DNA from: Rhizaria sp. SCN 62-66
Taxonomy: Eukaryota
Assembly (NCBI GenBank): GCA_001724265.1
Contig: MEDY01000361.1
Span: forward strand, 1 to 46,349
DNA length: 46,349 bases
Direction: 5' to 3'
Shown here piece after piece: positions 34,701-44,716 of this stretch (positions within the stretch are counted from its first letter, which is position 1; each line of letters opens with the position of its first letter). The translations under genes were made by a program, and so were the position numbers. A model generated the notes under the pieces. It did no database searches, had not been told where the DNA came from, and saw only the letters and a list, made by a program, of their open reading frames with translations.

Positions 34701-37648
34701 GGCGTTGGTGATGATGGCAGCGGTGACGTCGAAGACAACGTTGGTCGAATCAGCGACGATGTCGGTGTAGCCGGGGAAGACGTTGCTGGAGACGAGCACG
34801 CCGTTCTCGACCTTCTGCATTGAGACCACACCGGTGGCGATGCCCGTCGCAACGGCGTCACCGGTAAACTCGCGCGCAGTCTCTTTACCATCGAGGCGAA
34901 TCAAGTCGTTGCAGTGGACGAGGGTGCCGTCGTCCTTAGTGATGTACATCGAGCGGCCCTGGAGCGCGACGTCGGGCACAAAGCCCAGGTCGATGAACTT
35001 GTTGCTGGTGGCGAGCGTCTGGAAGCGGAAGATGGGACCGTTAAGGAAGTTCTCAGGCGCAACAGTCTTAGCGGCACCCGTGTTGCATTTCGTGCGGCCG
35101 ATGAAGAGCGAGTTGCCGATCATACCAGGGCACGTGGCGAAGTCGAAGTCGAACTGTAGAACACTGGTGGTGGCGCCTGGGATCGTGGTGATGCGCGGGG
35201 TCCAGATAGTCGCCGTTGAGTTGCACGTGTTGTCCGTGGTGGTAATGCTGAAGTCCTTAGGAACGAGCACGGAGGTCGACTTGGGGGTGACGTCAAAGCC
35301 GGGCACGATGTCACTGCACGCGCGACGCGGGTTGCTCGCTGCGGCGTCGGACTTATGCACGACGATAGAGCGGCCGACAATGCCGCGGGCGCCGTAGACG
35401 TTCTGGATAAGGTTGTTGTCGAGGTACGAAACAGAACCACCGTTGGAAGAGAGAATGAGCTTGCCGAAGCGGCCCGAGAGGTTGCCGACCTCGTCCGCGG
35501 ACGACTGGCCCTTAAACGTCGGGTCCCAGTGGTTACCAGTGACGCCAGGGCCGCAGGCAACCTGGTCAGTGACGCCGCCGAACTCGTGGATGTGCCAGAG
35601 CGCGCCGTTGGGAAACTCGGAAGCGTTCAGGGCCTTGATCGAGGTCGTAATCTTGACGATCGTGTTGGCGACCTGCTGGAACGTGATGGTGCCCTTGACG
35701 TAGGCGTTGTCAAGTGTGACAACGTGCTTCTCCGCATTGTTGTCGTACGTGGTGGTGGCAATACCGTCAGCGTTCGCCCAGTCAGCGCACACAGGGGACT
35801 TGCCATCGGCGATGAACACAAGGCTGCGGCCCGCGAGGTCGACGACGGACTGGGCGATCATAGTGGAGATGGTGTACTCGCCGGCAGCAAGGGTGTTAGC
35901 GTTGAGCTTGTTGCCAATAGCCTTGATCGCGGACGAGGAGCAGGGCGCGTCGCCGATGTACAGGTTGGAGCCAATCAAAGGGCTCTCGGGGTTAACGGAG
36001 AACTTGGTCTCGAACAGGGACAGGTCAGTCATGGGCGCCTGCGAGATGCGCGGGGCAACATAAAAGCCAACGTTCATCGTTGCGTCGGAGAACGAAGCGG
36101 ACGCGAACTTGCTCGTGCGGGGGTCCGTGGTGTCAAGAATGCGGGGGCAGGAGACGTAGGTCTTGTCCGCGCCAGCGGGCTTTACAGTCGTAACGAGAGG
36201 GCGGCCCAAGTAGGAGTCAGCGTCGTAAGGGTTGGTGGCCTTGCGGTCGATGAGATAGTTGAGGCCGACGCGGAGGGTGCCGTGACGGGCGTACAGGCCG
36301 TTCTTGGCGCTGGACCAGAGGGCGCCGGCATTAGAGCACGAGGTGCTGGTAAAAGCACCATTCTCGTAAATGTCCCATTCGACGTTGTCGCCGTAGTAGT
36401 CCGCGTTGATCAAGGAGATATTCGTGGTAATCATCGTCACCGCCTCGGAAAGAGGCTGCACCATGCAATGAAACGAGTATAAAAGTCGAGTTTAAAAGTT
36501 GTTAATGATTTCGAATAAGCACGCAAATTCTTACGGCAGTCGATTTAGGAAGTAAACATAATTAAATGTGCAAATTGTGGTTACCATTTCGCGATCGATA
36601 TCTCGTCTAAGTGGGAGTGTAAAGAGACACGTACGGTGAAGGTGACGGTGCCGATGAGGTCGGTGCCCGTAAACGTCGCCTCAACCGACTTCTTATCGAA
36701 CATACGGCGCCCAGTAGGCAAGCCAGTGGCCGGGTCCAAGTTGTAGCATGCAATCTTGAAGGTGTCTCCGCCCAGGATGGTGAAGATAGAGCGCTCACCG
36801 TAGTAGACGACCTGCTTGAGGCCAATGGAGACGAAGATATTGTTATCCCCGGCCTTGGCAGTAAAAACAGGAGTTGTGGTGAGCTTAGCAAACTCGGTGA
36901 TAGTGGCACCGGCGTCAGGACATGCGCTCTTGCCGAAGAAAAAGTCCTTACCAACAAACTGAGTGTTCTCGGCGACGTTGAACTGAGCGAGGAAGTAGGA
37001 CTCGTCACTGAGCTCAGGCTGCGCAATGCGGGGGTTGATCGTCACACTCGCGATACCGAACTCCTTAGCGTCCGTGAGGTCTGCCTCGAAGAGCTCCATG
37101 GGGTAGAGCGAGGTCTCAGCAGTGATGGTAGCGCACAGCACAGGATGGTCAGGAGAGTTGGCATCAGCGAGGATGATGGAGCGGCCGGCGATACCAGTAG
37201 AGCCGGAGAGAGAAAGATACAGGTCAGATGCCGTAATTCCATCAATCATGATGGGACCGTGGCGCGCAAGGTTGCCCACGGCTTGAGTCGAGTCAGCGTC
37301 CTGGAAAGTCGGGTTCCAGAACGGGCCGGTGACATCGACACCGCAGCCGCTCGCACCAGACCCGGTCGCGCCAGAGGCGAGGGTGCTCATCTCGTGGATG
37401 TATGCATTGAATCCGTTCGGAAACAAACGGTCAAATGCAGCGTTGGCGGTGACCGTAGCCTTGTACGTGACAGCGGTCGACGTCGCGCCATCCGCAGGGG
37501 GCGTAAACGTAAGCACAGCGTTGAAGGAGTCAGCAGAGGAATTAGAGACGAAAGTCGCGGTGAGCACCTGCTGCGCCGCGATCGCGGAGGAAACAAGAAA
37601 CGCGCATGCAAGTAGCGCGAAGAGCTTCGCGGCGGATGCAAACCGCAT
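31790..37648 (-). CDS. Secreted, probably GPI-anchored copper-only superoxide dismutase repeat protein, copy A (~1696 aa); exons 36635..37648, 34572..36455, 32664..34361, 32295..32483, 31790..32095
   Basis: Signal peptide MRFASAAKLFALLACAFLVSSAIA. SOD1-fold motifs WHIHE..C..GNHWDP..EVGNLSGRFG..GIVGRSIVVH..RRAC and WHVH..C..GSHYNP..EFGDLASRLG..ARSIAIH..GC. Cys-rich GETDVDCG module and hydrophobic C-terminus ending in TAA. GT-AG junctions preserve frame and match the paralog. Confidence 0.88.
32096..32294 (-). other. Intron 4 of SOD-repeat gene A (199 nt, phase 0)
   Basis: CAG|GTACGC donor, TCATAG| acceptor leading in frame into the Cys-rich/GPI exon. Confidence 0.8.
32484..32663 (-). other. 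Intron 3 of SOD-repeat gene A (180 nt, phase 0)
   Basis: CAG|GTAAGT donor, TTTTTTAG| acceptor. Confidence 0.8.
34362..34571 (-). other. Intron 2 of SOD-repeat gene A (210 nt, phase 0)
   Basis: GAG|GTACGT donor, CTACAG|CAA acceptor, junction KNAE|QSR conserved with paralog. Confidence 0.85.
36456..36634 (-). other. Intron 1 of SOD-repeat gene A (179 nt, phase 0)
   Basis: ACC|GTACGT donor, TGCAG| acceptor, AT-rich, same position in paralog. Confidence 0.75.
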
Positions 37649-38879
37649 GACGCTGCTAATGAAGCTATGACGCAAGAGGAAAAATGACAAATAGAGGCAG
37701 CGTTGGCAAGGAGGAGTTGGAGGCGGAGTTTTGGAGATAAATTGATGGGTAAAAACAGCGCTCGAGGAGATATCAAGCAATAAAATCAGTTTAACAAACA
37801 GTCTAGTAACAACATGTCACCTGAAATCTACGATTACGTAGGAGAGACGAATAGGAAAAAGGGGATTCTTCATTTCGCGCGCGGCCTGTCGAATATCTTC
37901 GCAAGATTTTGCCGATCCGTTTACTGCACGACGAACTCGGTAAAACGAAGCGGCAAGCTATTACACATAGATAGACGAGACTAAGGAGCCTTAGTATATT
38001 TACACAGCAAACGAAAACAAAGCGCACCACGAGCGGCAGACATGAGTCTCTTCTAACCTCGGACTTCTCCTCTCTGCTTCAGAGCCACGGCCAAATATTG
38101 ACCAGGTTTCGAGTCAACCCCTTCATCTGGCTTGACTTTCGTCACGACGCGCCCACAGTCGTCATGAGTCTTCAAAGTTCAAGTTCAAACAAATAAAGAT
38201 GTCATGATAGAAAAATAATTCGAGTGAGAAACTTGTATTTGGCGTACTTATTTGAGATATACCATGTCTAGTTAAAGTTCCTGTTCTGTCGTGAGGAAAC
38301 ACAGTAGAAACCGCGACCAGATGTTTCTGCTCGATGAGACGCGAGATACAAGAAAAGATGTTGCTGATGCGTGACTTCCGAGAGGTAGTAAGACCACAAC
38401 AACAGACAAAGGTTGGGACTTAGGAAAAAAAGAAACGATACGTATTACGATTAACTAGTAGGTGATGATAAGCAGCATAACAGAGATGCAGTGGGGTAGA
38501 TTGCACTTACTACTAGTACGAGTACAAGTACTCGTACTGGTACTAGTACGTATTTTACAAACAAAACAGAATAAAAGCATCCAACGTCCAGCAACGGTGA
38601 TTGATAAAACAATCAAAAACAAAGTAAAGATTGGCTGTAGTTACGAACGGAAACTCGGTGTTGGCTGGTCTGTTTAGTCGATTCTTTTACGCTGATACGA
38701 AAGTCCATCCGAGATGATGATGGACTGTGCTATACAGTTTAGAGAACCAACTGGGTTATGATTGTTGTGTTGCTTCGCTTAGTCAATTACATGCCGTGCC
38801 GTGTCATGCTGGTGTACTGTCAGGTTCAAGCGCTTTCTTCTATCGTTTTCGTACCTTCGTTCGTTGGACGATGAAGTTC

Positions 38880-41800
38880 TTACGCGAAGATAACAGCAAC
38901 CAGCATTAGCAGAGCTGCAACAGCAAACGAGACGCCAGTCGCTGCCGCCGCGTTGTCGGGGCCAGAGGCGCAGATACTGCTGGTGCAGATATTGGTGGTG
39001 CAGTCGCTGTCTTCGTCACACTTCTGACCGGGCTTGCAGGCGGAGCAGGACGACTCGGCGGTGTTACCGCAGTCGATGTCAGTCTCGCCGTTGTCCTTGA
39101 TGTCATCGAAGCACGTGGCCGCGACAACGTCCATGGAAGCGGAGACAGAATCGATGGAGTAGCGCTGGGAACCAAGGCCAGACTGTGGAGGGAGACAAAA
39201 GCAAGGTCGAAAGGCGAGCGCGAGAAGCAGAAGAGAAGAGATTCGAGTGAGAAGATTTGAGTGAACATACAATCAGACGACAGTGCAACAAACAGCGACG
39301 TTCGCACAATACATTAGCAAAATTGAAGCATGGTTTGACAAAGTAAGAGTTGATGACGTGTCCGTCGTGATGCACGTACCTGGATGTTGGAGCTCTTGAT
39401 GGTGGCCTGGAAGGCATCGGCGTCGGCCTGAGTCGACGAGCTGTTGGCGGCAACACCGGCGACGTTGACGATCACGTACACGTGCTTGGCGCCACGGACA
39501 TCAAAGCCACCAGCAAGTTTGACAGCGGCAACGTTCATGTTGATCATGTCAAGAACCATGTCATCAGCATCGTAAACCGTAAAGATTTCCTACATCACGG
39601 AATAAAGCGAGAATCAAAACAAAGAACGAGTTGGAGCACAAGATGTTAGTACACACAAATAAAACAACTCGAAAATAAGAGTTTTGTCACTCAATACACA
39701 TATGCAAGCAGGAGAGGATGAATTGAAGGATAGCGTTGCGATATTTTCATGTTTGTTGTTTGATAAAATTTCAACATGACGTACCTGACTGAGGATCATG
39801 AAAGAGGTGTACTTGCTACCGCCAAGGCTCTTAAGGTGCGCGACGAGCTTATCGAGCATCTTGGAGCCGAGGTGCTCCTCCTTGGACGCGCCGGAGGACG
39901 CGAGCATGTCGCTGAGACGGAGGGAGAAGGTGTGCGTCTTTGAGCCCTCGGGGATGGGGTTGTTGTTGATGTACACGGCACCGCACTGCGCAATGTCGTC
40001 GTTGCCGCTCGTCTTGAGCACGAGCGTCATGCCATTGAAGTCGTTGAGCGTGCCAGTGAAGGTGCTGGGGAACACGGCGGCCCTCTGCAGCGTGCGCGAG
40101 CTGCCGGCGGGGACCGAGACTTCCTCGGTGACGCCCGCGAGCGCGAGTAAGTCGCCGTTCTCGGCCACGCGGCCGCCCGTGTAGGCGGCGCCGCAGGCAG
40201 CGCCGGTGCTGTTGGATGCGACCGAGTACTTGTGGAAGCCGAAGGTAACGGTAGCAGGGCCGTCCGTGTTGGCGTTCTCGACGACGGCGTTGTAGATGAC
40301 GCTAGGGCGGTAGGGCGACGACTTAGGATCGACGAAGATGGCCGAAAGCGACTGGCTGTTGGCCTGCGCGTCGACGGTGACGGTGCGGGTCAGCGTGGCG
40401 TCGAAGCTGGGGAGATTAGCGCCCGGGTAGATGGTGCCGCAGCCGAAGAAGCCGTCCGTGCCGGTGGGGTTGTGGACGCCGAGCGAGCGGCCCACGATGT
40501 TGATCACGTCGGGCTTGAGCGAAATCTTGCTGTCGACGTAGTGGCGTGTGATCATAGCATTGGTGTAGTCGGTCGTGGTGTCACTCAGCTCCAGCTTGAG
40601 GTTGCCGAGGCGCGACGCCAGGTCGCCGACCTCCTCCACGCCAGAGGCGCTGAACGTGGGGTTGAAGTGACCGCCGATGGCGTTGCACACGCCGAGTGAG
40701 CCCGATTTTTGGGCGCTGACGACGTGGACGTGCCACTTGAGGCCCGCACTGCCGGCGGAACCGAGCAGGGTGAGGTCGCCGCGGACGCCGAGGAACACGT
40801 CGACGCTGTTGGAGCTGGCGCGCTGATCGAACTGGACGTCGATGGTGATCTTGTTGTCGTTGGCCGTGTTCGTGACATAGACGCGCGAGCGCGCGGCGTA
40901 CACGTCGGACTTGGTGAGTGCCGCCACGGCCGTCCCGCTGTAGGGCTGCACGGTCGCGCACGTAGGCACGGCGCCCGTGGTCGAGGGCAGGTAGTAGGCG
41001 GTGCGGCCGTAGAGGGTCTTGAGGTCGAAGTCGTAGGACGTGCTCGAGACGGACGGGGAGCTCTGGAGAGTAAACGAGAGGGACTGGGCGGCAACACCGA
41101 CGAAGGGACTGAACGAGTTGGTCGTTGCGTTGTTGGCAGCGCAGCTGTTCTCGGTGTAGTGGAGGATATTGAGGGCGCCGACCGCGGGGCCCCAGAGTGA
41201 GTTGCCGACGAAGAACTTGGGCTTGCGCGTGGCGACCGAGACGTAGGACGACATGACGAGCTCGCCGGTGATCTGCGCTGACGTGTACGACAGCACGATG
41301 CGGTCGTTCATGGTGCCGATGACGCCACAGGCGAGCACGAAGGGCTTCTCGGCGGCCAGGTACAGCACGAACGTCTTGCCGACGACGGAGTTCTCGCCCG
41401 AGAGCTTGATCTTTGAGTCCACGAACGAGCGGTAGCGCGATTGCTAAAAAAGAGCAATAACAAAAGAAAAATGAAAACGAAAAGAATATGAGCCTACATA
41501 GAAGAATTTAAGCAAAACACGCCAAATCAAATCATTTTCATAGCATTCTCTAGAAATGAAAGTCAAAAGTAGGACATAAATGCCCAAATACCAATTCAAA
41601 GTCAACTTATGTTCCACACACATACCTCGGCGTTCTTCTCGTACAAGCCGTGGCGGGCGTAGAGGTTACCGACAACATCGGCGTCCGTAGTGGCGTTAGT
41701 GGGGTTGAACAGCGTCAGATCGGTGTCGAAGTTGCACGACTTGTCGGCGGGGATGGCGTTGGTGATGATGGCAGCGGTGACGTCGTACGTGGTGGAGACC

Positions 41801-44716
41801 CAGTCCTCCTTGAAGTCGGTGTAGCCGGGGTAGACGTTGCTGGTGACGAGCACGTTGCCATCGTTGATCTCCTGCATGGTGATGATGCCCGTCGCGATGC
41901 CCGTCTCGACCTTGGTGCCGAACGTGACCTCGGGGACGCCGCCGTCGAGGCGCGCGAGGTTGAAGCACGAGAGCATGGAGCCGTCGTCCTTGGCAAAGAC
42001 GAGCGAGCGCGCCTCAAGCGCCACGTCGGGCTGCATGCCCGACGACATAAACTTGTTCACGCCGGCCTTAAGGCGGTCAATGGGCCCGTTGTACATGTTG
42101 GAGGGCTTGGTGGTGGAGCAGCCGGTGAGGCCGATGTACATGTGTGCGCCGACATAGGCCGCGCAGTCGGTCGTGTCGAGGTTGAACTGCAGCGAGCCCA
42201 TGGTGGCGCCGGGGATCTGCACAAAGCGCGGCGCGAGCAGCACGGTCTTGGCCGAGTCGCAGGTGCCGAGCTTGAAGTCGGCCGGGATGAATACAGAGGT
42301 GGTCGCGGGGGTCACGGGGGTGCCGGACACGATGTCGTTGCACGCCACGCGCGGGTTGCCGGCTGCGGCGTCGGACTTGTGCACGACGACGGAGCGGCCA
42401 ATGATGCCGCGGGCGCCGGTGGTCTTGTAGATGAAGAACGAGTCGAGGAACGCCACGCCATTGCCCTCTTTCGACAGCACGAGCTTGCCGTAGCGGCCAG
42501 AGAGGTTGCCGACCTCCTTCGGAGAGGTCATGCCGTCGAAGTTGGGGTCCCAGTGGCCGCCAGTGACGGTAGCGCCGCAGCTGAGCTGGTTAGTGACGCC
42601 GCCGAACTCATGGATGTGCCAGAGCGCGCCGTTGGGGAACGCAGCAGTGTCCATGTAGTTGATCTTGGTGGTGATAATAACGTCAGTGGTGCTCACCTGC
42701 TGGAAAGAGATAGTGCCCTTAATCTTGTCGTTGTTGAGCGTCACGGTGTGCGGGGCGACGGTGCGGTCATAGTTGGTGTTGGACATCAAGTTGGCGTCGA
42801 GCCAGTCGTCGCAGGCGACGTAGGTGGTGTCCGAGAGCGCCTGGCCGCTGACGGGGATAATCAGCACCAGCGAGCGGCCCGCCATGTCGACGGGCGAGAA
42901 GGGCACCTGCATCGTGCTCGACATGCCGCCCAGCGCAAACGCCGTCGTGTGAAGCTTGTCGCCAAGCACGGTAACCTTCTTGACAGAGGCGGACGCGGAA
43001 GGGCACTTTGTGGCGCCGATGTAGAAGTACGCGCCAATGGCGGTACTGCCGGTGTTAACGGTAATGTCGAAGGAAAAATACGACACGTCGGCGGTCGGGT
43101 GCTGCGCCATGCGGGGCTTGGCGTTGACGACGAGCTTGTACGCAGATTGGGCGGTGAACGAGACAGAGGCGAAGCGTGCCGTCTGAGGGTTCGTGGGGTC
43201 GAGGATGCGGGGGCACGAGACGAACTGCTTGGCCGTGCCGCCAGTGGCCGGGGGAGCGATGGCGACAAGCGGGCGGCCCAGATACGAGTCCACGTTGAAC
43301 GGTTTGGTGGCCTTGGTGTCGAGATAGTTGTTGATGCCGACGCGGAGAGTGCCGTGACGGGAGTACAGACCGGACTTGGTGGGGAAGAGGTTGCCGACGC
43401 CATTGCAGTTCGAGCTGGTGAAGGCACCGTTCTCGTAGATGTCCCACTCAACCTCACTTTTAGGATAGTAGTTGGTGCTGATGCTAACAATGTTCGTCGA
43501 GATCATCGTCTCGGCATCGTTCAGGGGCTGAGAGGAAGGAGCAACAGCAAAAAAGAAAGAGAATATGATGATATGAGCAAATGGAAGTCGAGTAAAACAT
43601 AATTAAACATAACAAGAAGAATACACCGAGTTTAAGTTATTTGCTATATGAAATGAACATGCAATGACGATCATCGCAAATATAACGTTATTCTAGTTAA
43701 TACTTGAATCGAGCGTGACGTACGGTGAATGTGACGGTGCCGTTGATGTCGGCGCCCGAGAAGGTGGCAACGACGGCCTGGTTGGTGAAGACGCGTGCCT
43801 GCGTCGCGCCGTTGAGGAAGGCGACCAGGTCAAAGCACGCGAGCGCGGAGCCGTCAGCTTTGGTGGCGAAAATGGAGCGCTGGCCGTAGTAGACGACCTG
43901 GCTGAGCGCGCCGTTGAAGACCTCGTTCGAGCCTGCCACGGGGGTGAAGAGGGCGGTGCTAACGAGCTTCTCGGGCACGTTGGCCGTCGTGGCGGCGGCG
44001 CAGGCCGTGGCGCCGAAGTAGAATGGGCGGCCGATGAGCGGGGACGTGGTGGCAAGGGTGAATTGGGCGAGGAAGTAGGACGCGGCACTGAGCTCGGGCT
44101 GCGCGATGCGGGGCTCGATGGTGACCTTGCTGACACCGAGGGCCGAGTCCGCGGCCGAAAGACCGGCCGTGTACATCTCGATAGGGGTGACCTTGCTGGG
44201 CGCCACGATGGTTGCGCACATCACCGGGGTGTCGTCGTCACTCGAGTAGAGGACGACAGAGCGGCCAGAGATGCCCGTGGGGCCTGAGAGCTTGAGGTAA
44301 GAGTCTTCAAAGGAGTGAACCTCATCAGCTTCGTTGGGGATAAGGTCCCAACGCACGTGGAGGTTGCCTACGGTCGCAATCTGGGTGGGTCCCTGGAACG
44401 TGGGGTCCCAAACGGCGCCGACGACAGAGGTGGCACAGCCCTCCGCGCCAAACCCAGTGGTGCCGGAGGCGAGAGTGCTGTATTCGTGGATGAATGCGCG
44501 GATACCATCCGTAAAGAGGCTCTTACCGTCAGCGTGAGAGGTAACGTTGGTCGTGTAGAGGACATGAGCGCCATCAGCAGACTCAGCGAAGGTGACCGTG
44601 GCAGTAAACCCGATTTTGGTGAACGTGGCGGTAAACACCTCCTCCGCCACCGCTCTGGTGGCCAGACATGCGCATACAAAGAGCGCGAAAAGCTTCACAG
44701 CAGCTGCAATACGCAT
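38880..44716 (-). CDS. Secreted, probably GPI-anchored copper-only SOD repeat protein, copy B (~1688 aa), tandem paralog; exons 43724..44716, 41626..43527, 39785..41443, 39380..39589, 38880..39182
   Basis: Signal peptide MRIAAAVKLFALFVCACLATRAVA. Motifs WHIHE..C..GGHWDP..EVGNLSGRYG..GIIGRSVVVH..RVAC and WHVH..C..GGHFNP..EVGDLASRLG..GRSLGVH..GC. GETDIDCG Cys module, hydrophobic tail, TAA stop. Colinear with copy A exon by exon. Confidence 0.88.
39183..39379 (-). other. Intron 4 of SOD-repeat gene B (197 nt, phase 0)
   Basis: CAG|GTACGT donor, CTCCACAG| acceptor. Confidence 0.82.
39590..39784 (-). other. Intron 3 of SOD-repeat gene B (195 nt, phase 0)
   Basis: CAG|GTACGT donor, ATGTAG|GAA acceptor in frame with ORF 39314..39559. 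The acceptor choice is less certain. Confidence 0.7.
41444..41625 (-). other. Intron 2 of SOD-repeat gene B (182 nt, phase 0)
   Basis: GAG|GTATGT donor, TTTTTTAG|CAA acceptor. Confidence 0.85.
43528..43723 (-). other. Intron 1 of SOD-repeat gene B (196 nt, phase 0)
   Basis: ACC|GTACGT donor, long pyrimidine tract plus CTCAG| acceptor. Confidence 0.8.

Noticed and set aside
9451-43602. Long antisense or alternate-frame ORFs (e.g. 9451..11451, 16327..17793, 32751..34367, 41650..43602)
   Set aside because: Shadow ORFs caused by high GC3 and trinucleotide repeats opposite real genes; no independent coding signal.
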